This document shows positions 53,319 through 63,205 of a DNA stretch of 64,000 nt, piece after piece. The position numbers were made by a program, and so were the translations under genes. The stretch's first letter is position 1. Each line of letters opens with the position of its first letter. Source of the DNA: Minisyncoccota bacterium (GTDB lineage: Bacteria; Patescibacteriota; Minisyncoccia; Phycocordibacterales; PALSA-1337). The DNA is taken from positions 23,037 through 87,036 of the forward strand of contig JBAZBL010000001.1 of assembly GCA_041671485.1 (NCBI GenBank), read 5' to 3'. Under the pieces are notes generated by a model. It made no database searches. It was not told the DNA's origin and saw only the letters and a program-made list of their open reading frames with translations.

Positions 53319-53339
53319 ATTGATGGTAGATTGGAAGAT

Positions 53340-53780
53340 ATGAAAATCATTTTACTCAAAGATGTTCCGAAGCTTGGTCATCGTCTCGATATCAAAGACG
53401 TTAGTTCTGGCTATGCCACAAATCTCCTCATACCAAAAGGAATGGCTGTATCTGCTACAAAAGAAATGATAAGAAAAACAGAAATAGAAAAGGCTATGAT
53501 AGAAGGGGAGAAGAGGGTACAACAAGATCTATTGGTCAAAAATATCCAAGACTTGGAAGGTATCACTATCACCATGAAGAGTAAGGCCAATGAAAAAGGC
53601 CACCTTTTTGCAGGACTTCATAAAGAAGCTATAGCAGAAGAATTGGCAAAACAAACAAAACTAACTATAGATCCAACATTTATTCAGCTAGAACACCCTA
53701 TCAAAGAAATTGGTGAGCACAATATAGAGGTCAAGGGAATAAAAAAATCAGTCAAGTTCAAACTAGTGATTGAGACCTAA
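53340..53780 (+). CDS. rplI: 50S ribosomal protein L9 (start at ATG 53340)
   Basis: 'MKIILLKDVPKLGHRLDIKDVSSGYATNLLIPKGMA' matches the L9 N-domain. Confidence 0.88.
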   Translation: MKIILLKDVPKLGHRLDIKDVSSGYATNLLIPKGMAVSATKEMIRKTEIEKAMIEGEKRVQQDLLVKNIQDLEGITITMKSKANEKGHLFAGLHKEAIAEELAKQTKLTIDPTFIQLEHPIKEIGEHNIEVKGIKKSVKFKLVIET

Positions 53781-53786
53781 ATATAA

Positions 53787-54059
53787 TTAGACGATACTTA
53801 CTAGTTTCTTTCTATCAATATCGTTATTGAAAGAGATTTTTCTTTTTGTAGCAAATTGGACAGTTCCATCCTTCAAAGCAAAAAGGGTATAGTCTTTACC
53901 CATACCTACATTCCTGCCTGGCAAGACTGTAGTACCACGCTGGCGGACGATTATTTGTCCAGTATTGGCATTTTGGCCATGGTTAATCTTGATACCAAGG
54001 AATTTTGGATTTGAATCGCGACCATTTTTGGTTGATCCTTCTGCTTTACGATGGGCCAT
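53787..54059 (-). CDS. rpmA: 50S ribosomal protein L27
   Basis: '[61 protein letters not shown]' is canonical L27. It is not adjacent to rplU here. Confidence 0.92.
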   Translation of the reverse strand: MAHRKAEGSTKNGRDSNPKFLGIKINHGQNANTGQIIVRQRGTTVLPGRNVGMGKDYTLFALKDGTVQFATKRKISFNNDIDRKKLVSIV

Positions 54060-54298
54060 AAAATTAAATCAAAGATTAAAGATAAAAAATCAAAAATTAG
54101 TATAAAAATAGCTTAACATGGGACTATTCTTTATGCAAGTCTCTAAATATGGCTCAAAATAAGGGTATTTATGGTGTTTTATATGGCTTTGTTGAGCCAT
54201 ATTCTGACAGTATGGACTTGACTTTATGCCTTTGAGGTGCTAAGCTATATGCAAATGAGTAAAGTGGGCACCATGCTTACGAAGCTCGTTTTTTATTT

Positions 54299-54766
54299 AT
54301 GATTGAACTTACAACAGGTGTAATCTTCCTAATGTCATCCCTATACGGCTCTCAACATGCAGATATGCAAGTTGCAAATATTGCAAATGCACAGATGCAG
54401 GACGAAGAAAAAGTAGAGAAGGTGGCAATTGTGAAGATTGTTGATCCAAAAGACATCGAAGCATATATCCGCAAAGAATTTTCTGATAAGCCAATCCTAA
54501 TTGAAATTGCATGGTGCGAATCACGCTTCAGGCAATTCAATGAAAATGGAACAGTAATTCGTGGTGAAAAAAATAGCAAAGATGTCGGTGTGATGCAGAT
54601 CAATGAAAGATTCCATGCCGAAGATGCAGTCGAACTAGGATATAACATATATTCAACACAGGGTAATACAGCATTTGGTAAATATCTTTATGAGAAGTAT
54701 GGAACAGATCCATGGAGCGCGTCCAAGAAGTGTTGGAGTCAGTCGGGTGATCTCGCGAAGAAGTAA
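54299..54766 (+). CDS. Small lysozyme-like / lytic transglycosylase (SLT-like) domain protein
   Basis: N-terminal hydrophobic segment. Catalytic-Glu context 'IAWCESRFRQ' and 'GVMQIN' fit the family-1 lytic transglycosylase pattern. Confidence 0.6.
   Translation: MIELTTGVIFLMSSLYGSQHADMQVANIANAQMQDEEKVEKVAIVKIVDPKDIEAYIRKEFSDKPILIEIAWCESRFRQFNENGTVIRGEKNSKDVGVMQINERFHAEDAVELGYNIYSTQGNTAFGKYLYEKYGTDPWSASKKCWSQSGDLAKK
54639..54766 (+). repeat. 128-bp direct repeat, copy 1 (3' end of SLT-like gene)
   Basis: 126/128 identical to 57332-57459. Similarity continues ~45 bp further downstream into terminator-like hairpins (GGCTCC..GGAGTCTTTTGTT). Confidence 0.9.
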
Positions 54767-54922
54767 AATTATTATTCAAGAACAAAACAAGAGGCTCCCC
54801 AACAGGGGAGTCTTTTGTTATACAGTACCGCGCTTTACACACCATGTCGCACAATAGAAACTTGCAAGTCACATTGTCGCACAACTGTGGATAACTCTTT
54901 TGATCGTGTTTTATCCTGAAAT

Positions 54923-55324
54923 CTACTTGTCGATGATACATCGATATTTAGCAGTCACAGCTTGTCCAGGAGAAAGGTAAGGATACAATTTACTGTCAGT
55001 CAATTTCTGTAAGCTTACTGGAGAACAAATAGGATCAGCGGGACCCGATAACGAAATTGAGGAACCGGTACTATCTCCCTTACAATAACCGACTGATTCT
55101 CCAGTAGGAGTAAAATAATATGTAGTAGCCTTGGCGACATCTGCTAATTTCATTAACTTTCTCTCTATTTTACAAATACCCAGCTCCTTCTCGGTCTCAT
55201 CAAAATACTTACCTGATTGGACGGTCACATTCTCAACTTGGTTCAGATAAAAGAATAGAGCGAGTCCACACAAAATTATAATCACAAGCACTACTAGAAA
55301 GGAGATTAAGATTTTCTTTTTCAT
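54923..55324 (-). CDS. Hypothetical membrane-anchored protein (inside repeat-flanked cassette)
   Basis: 133 aa. N-terminal TM ('ILISFLVVLVIIILCGLALFFYL') and several Cys residues. Confidence 0.5.
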   Translation of the reverse strand: MKKKILISFLVVLVIIILCGLALFFYLNQVENVTVQSGKYFDETEKELGICKIERKLMKLADVAKATTYYFTPTGESVGYCKGDSTGSSISLSGPADPICSPVSLQKLTDSKLYPYLSPGQAVTAKYRCIIDK

Positions 55325-55351
55325 AGATTAAGCATACCACATTTAGCCAAC

Positions 55352-55986
55352 TTGTGGTATAATATTCCACATATGAAAAACTCACAAAAAGGTTTTATAA
55401 ATATTATTATTGCTATAGTAGTTGTCGTCGCGATCGCTGGATATGTTGCTTGGGATAACAATCTGATCCCCAAAAATATTCTTTCTAATAACAGCGAGAA
55501 ACAGGAAAATGTGGAAATAAATACAAGACTCTTCCGATCGGTCAATCATACAAAAACATCCAATATGGAATTGAAATAACTCCACCTGCGAATTGGGCAG
55601 TAGACGAAAGTAAAAAAGATGGCCAGGTAGTTGGTTTTATTGAGAGATCGCAAGATATTTTATCAATCATATCGGTAACAGCCATTTCTGATCCTGATAT
55701 TACACCGTCTTTCTTTGATCAATACATTGATAACGGGATTCAGCAAGCTCGTGCTACACAAGGAGTTACTTTTATTGGTAGCAGTAAACTCGAATCCAGC
55801 AACCTCCCTACGTACTTGATCGAGTTAAAAATGAATGTAGGGAACAAGCTTATGCACGCTTTACAATTGAGTCTTTTAGCTAAGTCGGGACAAGTGTTCA
55901 TTATTACTGGGATGAGTGAGGATACTCAATGGATAAATCGTAAAGACTTGATCAGAGATTCACTAATGAGTTTCCATTTGCTGTAA
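55352..55986 (+). pseudogene. Frameshifted gene for a TM-anchored exported protein (N-terminal part 55352-55579 in one frame, C-terminal ~140 codons continue in the -1 frame to 55986 without any start codon)
   Basis: Frame A gives 'MWYNIPHMKNSQKGFINIIIAIVVVVAIAGYVAW...'. The frame ending at 55986 is open from 55492 and reads '...KNIQYGIEITPPANWAVDESKKDGQVVGFIE...'. The frames probably join near the A5 run at 55552-55556. Confidence 0.5.
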
Positions 55987-56130
55987 TTTAGAGGTGTCTA
56001 GTATTACCATTACCGAAATGCTCATGTCTATGTTATCAACACATTTGCTATTAACTTTTAATCTGAATTGTCTATACTAGTAGAGTCATCAGAAAACGCT
56101 GGCCTGTACGGCGTTTTTCTTTGTATATAA

Positions 56131-57174
56131 CTATGCTCTTTTCCACTCCTCTATATCAGGATGAAAATCAACTTGATACTCTGGGATTCCTAGAGAGATT
56201 CCATATTCTTTAGCTTCGTTGTACTGGTCTTTACTTTTCCTGTCTATGAGAAATACCTTGTTTTTGAAAATAATATAGTGATGTGATTCACTCTTGAAAT
56301 CTGCATACCAATTATATTTACTATCGAGGGCTTTGGATATTTCCTCTGCCACCTCTTTTGATTCTTTTACTGGGATTATGACTGAGTGCATTGTCCATTG
56401 AGATACCCATGGAGTTTTATGCTCATCAGTGACTTTTTCAATTTCTGTTGAGATAATTTCGATTTTCTTAAGTATATCCTTATTTTCCAGAGACTCATCA
56501 ATAATTACTCCCTTAAATGGTTGTTTTCGGAGCAATTTCTTTAGGTCACTTTCTACTAGGACTCTTTGTGTGTCAGTATTTGATATCATAGATTGGAGTG
56601 GCTTAGTCGAATTCTTGGGATTAGACTTGTCCTCAATAGAAAAACCGATATACTCCACGTGCTTTTTCTTCCGGTCACGCACCCACTTGATAGCAGGGAG
56701 GAGATCAGCGTCAGAACTTACGACAATAGCTATATCATATACATTCTCAACTGCCCCTACGATGAGATCTGTGGCGAGCATGACATCAATACCTTTTTCT
56801 CTTTTTCGCTCGTATGTTATTTCGGTGATACCAGCTTTTTTGAGTTTCTGATATTCTTTCATGCGATCATCTACAGTTATAGTTTCAGTGCGGGTTTTCA
56901 ATTTGCTTGTGCGTAATATCCAGCCATACTTCTTGAGTTCGGCAAAAAACCTCGTCTGTCGTGCCATTGAATATTTTGATTTGAGATTTCCTTCTTGTTC
57001 CCGGACTGTACCGATGTAGTAGCGCTTGTGACCAGATGAGATAGTTTTGCCGTTCGCAAGAAGTGCGGTGAATGCTTCAAAATCAAAACCGAGTTCTGAT
57101 ACCCCGATCTTCTTCAGGGCTATATGGTGGAGATTCCCTCCGTCTATAAAAATGGCAGCTCGGTTCTTATTCAT
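56131..57174 (-). CDS. NYN-domain (LabA-like PIN) protein with uncharacterised C-terminal extension
   Basis: 'AAIFIDGGNL' and 'DIAIVVSSDADLLPAIKWVRD' are NYN/LabA acidic motifs. The ~150-aa C-terminal region has no recognised domain. Confidence 0.65.
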   Translation of the reverse strand: MNKNRAAIFIDGGNLHHIALKKIGVSELGFDFEAFTALLANGKTISSGHKRYYIGTVREQEGNLKSKYSMARQTRFFAELKKYGWILRTSKLKTRTETITVDDRMKEYQKLKKAGITEITYERKREKGIDVMLATDLIVGAVENVYDIAIVVSSDADLLPAIKWVRDRKKKHVEYIGFSIEDKSNPKNSTKPLQSMISNTDTQRVLVESDLKKLLRKQPFKGVIIDESLENKDILKKIEIISTEIEKVTDEHKTPWVSQWTMHSVIIPVKESKEVAEEISKALDSKYNWYADFKSESHHYIIFKNKVFLIDRKSKDQYNEAKEYGISLGIPEYQVDFHPDIEEWKRA

Positions 57175-57331
57175 GGATATATTGACTGAATCATATCAAA
57201 AAAACGGCTAATAACAAAACTCGCACACACATTGCTGTGGCGCGAGTGACTTGTACTTATAGCATTACAAATAACGTTGCAGAAGTCAAGGGATTACATG
57301 AGGATACAGAAAAGGGAAGTGTCAGTATTTT

Positions 57332-57459
57332 GATATAACATATATTCAACACAGGGTAATACAGCATTTGGTAAATATCTTTATGAGAAGTATGGAACAG
57401 ATCCATGGAGCGCGTCCAAGAAGTGTTGGAATCAGGCGGGTGATCTCGCGAAGAAGTAA
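57332..57459 (+). repeat. 128-bp direct repeat, copy 2 (orphan 3' fragment of the SLT-like gene; preceded by in-frame stop)
   Basis: It matches 54639-54766 with 2 mismatches. It has no upstream coding continuation. Confidence 0.9.
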
Positions 57460-57630
57460 TCTAAACTAATTGCACTAATAGCAATTTCAAAAAACACAAA
57501 AGGCTCCACGAAATGGAGTCTTTTGTGTTGGAAAAAATGAATACTTTGTTAAAGTTTCTGCCAAAAATACTTCCAACACATTTTTTCATCGTTGGGAACT
57601 TCACAGAAATTTTTTGTTTGATACAATTAC

Positions 57631-58245
57631 GTGATGATGAAGCAAGAAATCATTCAACAACTCCACAGAAACTTTGATGATTACGTCCAGAAGACTGACG
57701 GTGGAGTTGAATTTTGGTTTGCCCGTGATTTGCAGGTGTTGCTTGGATATGACGAGTGGCGTAATTTCCTTAAGGTTGTTGAGAAGGCCAAAATTGCGTG
57801 TAAAAAAAGTGGTTTAGTCATTGAGGATCAATTTGTTGATGTCAACAAGATGATCGTTGCCGGTAAAGGAGCGGAGCGCGAAATTGATGACATTTCACTA
57901 ACCCGTTACGCCTGTTATCTCATTGCACAAAATGGTGACCCTAACAAAGAACCTATCGCTTTTGCTATGGCCTATTTCGCGATACAGACGCGCAAACAGG
58001 AACTGATCGAAAAAAGATTGAACGAACTGGAAAGATTAACTCTTCGTGAAAAACTTTCTGGTTCAGAGAAACTATTGTCCGGAATCATGTACGAACGGGG
58101 TGTTGATAGTGCTGGTTTCGCACGCATTAGAAGCAAGGGGGATCAGGCTCTATTTGGTGGTAGAACAACTTTAGATATGAAAAATAAACTAAATAAATTA
58201 GTCATACGTTTACCTTCAGTCTATCGATATGAACTACAAAGGTAA
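57631..58245 (+). CDS. dinD: DNA damage-inducible protein D (DinD family), C-terminally shorter than E. coli DinD
   Basis: 'EFWFARDLQVLLGYDEWRNFLKV' and 'LTRYACYLIAQNGDPNKEPIAFAMAYFAIQTRKQEL' align with the E. coli DinD motifs (EFWSARELAPLLDYRDWRNFQKV; LSRYACYLVVQNGDPAKP...YFAIQTRRQEL). Confidence 0.75.
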   Translation: MMMKQEIIQQLHRNFDDYVQKTDGGVEFWFARDLQVLLGYDEWRNFLKVVEKAKIACKKSGLVIEDQFVDVNKMIVAGKGAEREIDDISLTRYACYLIAQNGDPNKEPIAFAMAYFAIQTRKQELIEKRLNELERLTLREKLSGSEKLLSGIMYERGVDSAGFARIRSKGDQALFGGRTTLDMKNKLNKLVIRLPSVYRYELQR

Positions 58246-58456
58246 GAGTCCACAAGTTGGCGGCCCTCTTGTTCATACCTATTACTCCAAAGATGAATTC
58301 ATAAAGAAATGTGCAGAGTGGGGAATAGATATTATTGAATATTCAAACTGTGGTTTCTGTCAGAAAACTATTTATGGTTCGTGTACATTCAGAGATGGAA
58401 AACTTTGTTGTTATAGTTGTGAGTTGAAAACAGAACATAAAAAAGTTCAGGGATAA
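58229..58456 (+). CDS. Small Cys-rich (zinc-ribbon-like) hypothetical protein
   Basis: 75 aa with 'CGFC...CTFRDGKLCCYSC'. It overlaps the dinD end in another frame. Confidence 0.4.
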   Translation: MNYKGKSPQVGGPLVHTYYSKDEFIKKCAEWGIDIIEYSNCGFCQKTIYGSCTFRDGKLCCYSCELKTEHKKVQG

Positions 58457-58563
58457 TAATTACCGGAACATTCTGTGCTAGAGGGGATAGTGGTGATGCG
58501 CCAGCCTTGGCCAGATTTATCCTCTACATACCATGTCGCACAATATATGTTGGGTACACTATA

Positions 58564-58911
58564 TCATCTAACTATGGGGAGGAGGGGTGAAGTGGTCGAC
58601 ATCTTTGGTACTTGATCTCTTGTAATAGCTGGACCGCCATCCTTCATCCTATCTATCGTAGTGAAGAATGGATCCCATATATATGGCAAGAAGAATTTGT
58701 CCCAAAGATATGTTGCAGGTCTCTTCAGATAGTCATTCCAGCCAACTACAACCAATTCTTTGGCATAGATGAGGTTATCATGGACTACAGGAGAAGCTAC
58801 AATGTTCCTTAGATTGAAACCAAAGTATCCTAGAATGATGAGAATAGCGACAATAAATATGACTGTTCTCAATAGCCCTCCCCTTCTGTAATAAATTTTT
58901 TTTGAATTCAT
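58564..58911 (-). CDS. Hypothetical membrane-anchored protein
   Basis: 115 aa. One TM helix ('TVIFIVAILIILGYFGF'). Confidence 0.45.
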   Translation of the reverse strand: MNSKKIYYRRGGLLRTVIFIVAILIILGYFGFNLRNIVASPVVHDNLIYAKELVVVGWNDYLKRPATYLWDKFFLPYIWDPFFTTIDRMKDGGPAITRDQVPKMSTTSPLLPIVR

Positions 58912-58963
58912 TTGTGAGACTTAAATGATTAATCAATATAATTATCTTATTAATAGCAAAAAA

Positions 58964-60274
58964 TTACAAATAGGAAAGTGGATTGAGATATGCTTTGAAA
59001 TCAGCGAGTGGTATAAGTGCACCTGCACAATTCCTGCTTTGCCCAGCAGTAAGCTTCTGGATCTCTACACCCTCTGTAGCATATACACCAAAGTGTAGAT
59101 GTGGCCCTGTAGTGTATCCTGTATTACCTGTGTAACCAACGATTTGTCCTACTGAAACATCCTGACCTTTTTGTACTGATTGAAGTGATAAATGAGCATA
59201 TAGTGTTGATAAACCATTTACATGTTTGATCATGACCCATTTACCATATGAATAACATCCTCTCACCAAATCTGTATTGCCGACACCTATGACAGTACCT
59301 GATAGAGATGCCTTTATAGGTGTTCCTATAGATGCCCTGAAGTCTATACCATTATGCCCCTTCCCTCCATAAACTTGTGGATTTGCTGTAGCAAAAGATG
59401 TATTGCCGAAATATTGAGTAATAAATACTTTATCGAGTGGCCAAGACAATACACCAGATCCGGTGCTAGGTAATTTTGAAGCATCAACTGCCAGTTTCAA
59501 TTGTGATTCATAAGCTAGTACTTCCCTTTCGAATGCTTCTTTTTGGGCCAACTTTTCAGACATCATCTTTTTGTATTGGGATTCTGATTGTTTTGTTTCC
59601 TTGAGAAGAGTATTTTTCTCTGATTGAGTATCTATTACAACTTGCCTCTGGTCTTTGAGTTGCTTATTCAACCTTATCAATTCATCTTTTGCTTTCTCTG
59701 TCGCTTTTTTATTTGCTTCAAGATTGGATTTCACTAGACGTAGATTCTCGATGCGCTTCAAAAGGCTTCCTTGTATTGAACTTAATTCATCCATAGAATT
59801 CCATGCAGAAAGTAATGAATTGCTACTTAATAAAACCTCTATTAGCGATTGATCTTCTGTTCTCTGTATAAGTGCCAATGAATGAGATATTATCCTTTTA
59901 TCATCTATTATAGTATCTTCTTTATTTATAATTTCCGAAGACAATCCTTGTATTTCATCATTCTTTACCCCTATCTTATTCTCTGTGAGCTGGATATCAG
60001 CCTTCAATTTCTTCTCTGTAAGATCAAGTGATTTGACTGTTGCAGATAATGTATTCACTTCTTTACCTAGATCCTCAATCTCTTTTTGATATCCTAGAAT
60101 CTCTTTCTCAAGATTTTGTATATCTGTATTCCTCTGATCTATTTTTTCCTGCAATTGAGAAGCTGTTTGCGCATTGGAATTTGGTATAGTAAATATGAGT
60201 AAACAAAATAGTGCAAAGAATAAAAATAATACTCCGACATTTGAAATTTGAAATTTGAAATTTGAAATTCTCAC
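58964..60274 (-). CDS. M23 family metallopeptidase with N-terminal coiled coil (EnvC-like); GTG start coupled to gltX stop
   Basis: M23 zinc motifs 'GHNGIDF' (HxxxD) and 'GNTGYTTGPHLHF' (HxH), a long coiled-coil region, and a signal peptide. Confidence 0.88.
   Translation of the reverse strand: MRISNFKFQISNVGVLFLFFALFCLLIFTIPNSNAQTASQLQEKIDQRNTDIQNLEKEILGYQKEIEDLGKEVNTLSATVKSLDLTEKKLKADIQLTENKIGVKNDEIQGLSSEIINKEDTIIDDKRIISHSLALIQRTEDQSLIEVLLSSNSLLSAWNSMDELSSIQGSLLKRIENLRLVKSNLEANKKATEKAKDELIRLNKQLKDQRQVVIDTQSEKNTLLKETKQSESQYKKMMSEKLAQKEAFEREVLAYESQLKLAVDASKLPSTGSGVLSWPLDKVFITQYFGNTSFATANPQVYGGKGHNGIDFRASIGTPIKASLSGTVIGVGNTDLVRGCYSYGKWVMIKHVNGLSTLYAHLSLQSVQKGQDVSVGQIVGYTGNTGYTTGPHLHFGVYATEGVEIQKLTAGQSRNCAGALIPLADFKAYLNPLSYL
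60239..60266. repeat. Heptanucleotide tandem repeat (ATTTGAA)x4 (coding strand AAATTTC x4) at codons 3-12 of the M23 peptidase gene
   Basis: Plus strand ATTTGAAATTTGAAATTTGAAATTTGAA. The repeat unit is not a multiple of 3. Confidence 0.85.
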
Positions 60275-61608
60275 ATCAGTTTACTTATTGCCAGATCTAT
60301 TCTGACCAGTGATTCGTCTTTACCAAGAATATATGCAGAGCTAAATGGATCTGGTGACTTCTCTTGGCCCGTAAGAGCAAATCTAAATGGCCATAAGACG
60401 TCACCTTTGCCATTCCCTTCTGCATATGGCCAGATTGCACTCTTCACTACTTCACTGGTGAAATTATCTTTGGCAATTGTATCTAATAATTTCTTTATCT
60501 CTTTCAAATGATTTGAAGCTATTTCTTTATTTGGATTCTTTTTCCACAAAAGAGAGTCAGCAGTATATTCTCCTAGGTCTTGAATAAAATTCATCTCACT
60601 TCCCTTCTCAAAAATTTTTGCTATATCACCGAAAGAATGTATTTTCTCACGAATGATATGTAATGCTCTGCCAAATAATTCTGGCTTATTGGAGAGCCAT
60701 TTAGGGACAAATTTAGAGCAATGATCTATAAAATCTTCATTGCTCAACTTTGACATATATTGTTTATTGAACCAGTCCAATTTTTCTCTATTGAATACTG
60801 CTCCGGCTTTTTGTACCTTTTCAATATTGAATTTCTCAATCATTTGATCGATACTCAATATCTCTTCATCATTTCCTGGATTCCAGCCGAGTAAGACTAG
60901 AAAATTGAGCAGTGCATCCCTCAAATATCCTTGTTCTTTATAATATTCTACAGAAACTATTTCTCCATGCTTTCTCTTGGATATCTTTTCTCTATTCTCG
61001 GAAAGTATGAGTGGAATATGTGCATATCGAGGTAGTGACACTTCATTTATCGCTTCCCATATGAGTATTTGTCTCGGAGTATTGGATAGATGCTCTTCAC
61101 CACGTATCACATGAGTTATGCCTGAAGTGATATCATCAACGACGTTCGATAGATGGAAAATAGGTTCATCGAGACTTTTGGCAATAACAAAATCACCTAG
61201 TTCTGTAGTATTGAACTTGACTTGACCTTTTATGATATCATCTACCGTAACATCTTTATTTGGATTCTTGAATCTTATAACTTCATTCCTATCTCCTTCT
61301 TTTTTTATTTCTTCTTTGGAAATATATGCTTTTCCAGATGATATGAGTTTTTCTATGTATTTCCTATGAATTGGGAAATTGTCAGATTGTTTGTATGTCA
61401 GATCGAAACCTATACCAAGCCATTTGAATGCATCGGTAATTCCTGTAATATATTCTTCTTTATTCCTCTCTATATCTGTATCTTCTATCCTCAATATGAT
61501 TTGCCCGCCATTTTGCTTTGCAAAAAGATAATTGAACAATGCCGAACGAGCTCCTCCTACATGGAGAAAGCCAGTTGGTGATGGTGCAAAACGGGTAATG
61601 ACTTTCAT
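60271..61608 (-). CDS. gltX: Glutamyl-tRNA synthetase
   Basis: HIGH motif 'PSPTGFLHVGGARSALFNYLFA'. KMSKS-like motif 'KISKRKHG'. Confidence 0.92.
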   Translation of the reverse strand: MKVITRFAPSPTGFLHVGGARSALFNYLFAKQNGGQIILRIEDTDIERNKEEYITGITDAFKWLGIGFDLTYKQSDNFPIHRKYIEKLISSGKAYISKEEIKKEGDRNEVIRFKNPNKDVTVDDIIKGQVKFNTTELGDFVIAKSLDEPIFHLSNVVDDITSGITHVIRGEEHLSNTPRQILIWEAINEVSLPRYAHIPLILSENREKISKRKHGEIVSVEYYKEQGYLRDALLNFLVLLGWNPGNDEEILSIDQMIEKFNIEKVQKAGAVFNREKLDWFNKQYMSKLSNEDFIDHCSKFVPKWLSNKPELFGRALHIIREKIHSFGDIAKIFEKGSEMNFIQDLGEYTADSLLWKKNPNKEIASNHLKEIKKLLDTIAKDNFTSEVVKSAIWPYAEGNGKGDVLWPFRFALTGQEKSPDPFSSAYILGKDESLVRIDLAISKLM

Positions 61609-61843
61609 ATGGGTATTATAGCAAGAAAGTATATGAATTTCTTTATGCTAGAGTTATCAACAACAAGTAAATTTGACTATATATATCCAATTTGTTAGTC
61701 TTTAATTAGAAGTATGCAATAATAACTTACGAGGTGCTCCGATGTTCCCTCAGAATATCTGGGGCTTGAGTTGGAGAACACCACCTTGTGAGACGCTACT
61801 TCTAACAAAGAACCCCTTTCCACTTCGGTCAGGGATTTTTTGT

Positions 61844-62509
61844 TTATATTATAATCGATTTTCCATTGAACAATTCCCTCCCCTTTCCAATAATATTTTT
61901 CTTCAGAATTTTGAAACATTCCTCACCTAGTTTTCCTTTTTCAAGATATCGTGCCAAAGCTCCTGCAATCCAGTCGGCAATTTGAATATTCACTACCGCA
62001 GTTGAATCAACCATTTCAATTTGTAAAACTACACCCTTTGGCAAGGATGGTAACAGACGAGCTTTTAGGACTTCCTTGAATTCTGTCTCGGACATACCAC
62101 TCAATCTTCTACGGTCGCAGAAAACACGAAACTCTTTATCAGTTGTCGGTAAATATGATGTTAGTATTTCGCCGACTATATTTGTATATAAAAGTCCGCT
62201 CTGTAATTTATTTTTATGATGATACTCTGCTGGAATATTTCTATGAAGTAAATAGGCAAAATGTATTCGAACATCTAGTTTTGAAATCTCTCTCAAAGTC
62301 TTTAGGCGTAAGGCATCAGAAAATCCGGTACTTGCCCATTTAATCTCACTCAGATCACGCATCTTTCTAGGAAAATGGCCACGAAGCCATGCTCGAAATC
62401 CCTTTGCTGTTCGCCGAACATTGCCAACAGTAAATGAAGCAACAATAAAATAGTTTTTATTACTGTACTTGGAAAATTGTCCACTTTCATCAAGAAAAAT
62501 ATATGGCAT
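61844..62509 (-). CDS. DUF3800-family protein
   Basis: N-terminal 'YIFLDESG' and C-terminal 'IQIADWIAGAL' match the DUF3800 signature motifs. Family membership is recalled from memory. Confidence 0.6.
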   Translation of the reverse strand: MPYIFLDESGQFSKYSNKNYFIVASFTVGNVRRTAKGFRAWLRGHFPRKMRDLSEIKWASTGFSDALRLKTLREISKLDVRIHFAYLLHRNIPAEYHHKNKLQSGLLYTNIVGEILTSYLPTTDKEFRVFCDRRRLSGMSETEFKEVLKARLLPSLPKGVVLQIEMVDSTAVVNIQIADWIAGALARYLEKGKLGEECFKILKKNIIGKGRELFNGKSIII

Positions 62510-62587
62510 GTAGCAAATATGCTAACGTAAATTAGAATCTCCAGCAACTTAAAAGAGAATAGAAAACATGTTATAATATCTCAGTAT

Positions 62588-63205
62588 ATGGAAGTCTCAT
62601 TTAATGATCTACCAGTTGGACCATATTCAGAAGAAATGTGGCGAAAACAATGGCATGGCGTTACAAAGCCTCGCGGTGTTGCCGAAGGTAGACTTTCAGT
62701 AGTTGAACTTCACAATGAGCATGTCCTCTGTGTCACCTGCTTAAAAGATAAGTGTGGCCCTGATCAAGGTGGAACATCATGGAGTTCTTGTTTTGATAAG
62801 TCTTACGAAGAGGCAACGGTTGAATATAAGGTGAGGATTAGCAGTGACTTTGACTATAAGCGAGGCGGTAAACTTCCGGGATTTTGTGGTGGTTCAAGCC
62901 CTATGGGAGGAAGGAATACGACTGATGGATTTTCCGCACGAGTAATGTGGAGAGAGTTGGGTATGATGACTCAGTATGTATATTATTTGGAAAAAGATAC
63001 GACGAAACAATGGGGACAAGATTTTATCTGGACTAAAGCAGAAAACAAACAAGTTCCGATCACTTCTCACATGTGGAAAATGTGGGACACCTTAAAGACA
63101 CATCATGAAGATAGGGTGTATTTGACACATAGGGTATGGCATACAATAAAAACTTATATCAAAATGAATACTCCAGACAAAGAAGATAGTAAACTTATTT
63201 CTTGA
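62588..63205 (+). CDS. Hypothetical protein, possibly beta-jelly-roll (polysaccharide-lyase/lectin-like) fold
   Basis: 205 aa, W/Y/G-rich ('KLPGFCGGSSPMGG', 'YVYYLEK'). The family assignment is uncertain. Confidence 0.35.
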   Translation: MEVSFNDLPVGPYSEEMWRKQWHGVTKPRGVAEGRLSVVELHNEHVLCVTCLKDKCGPDQGGTSWSSCFDKSYEEATVEYKVRISSDFDYKRGGKLPGFCGGSSPMGGRNTTDGFSARVMWRELGMMTQYVYYLEKDTTKQWGQDFIWTKAENKQVPITSHMWKMWDTLKTHHEDRVYLTHRVWHTIKTYIKMNTPDKEDSKLIS

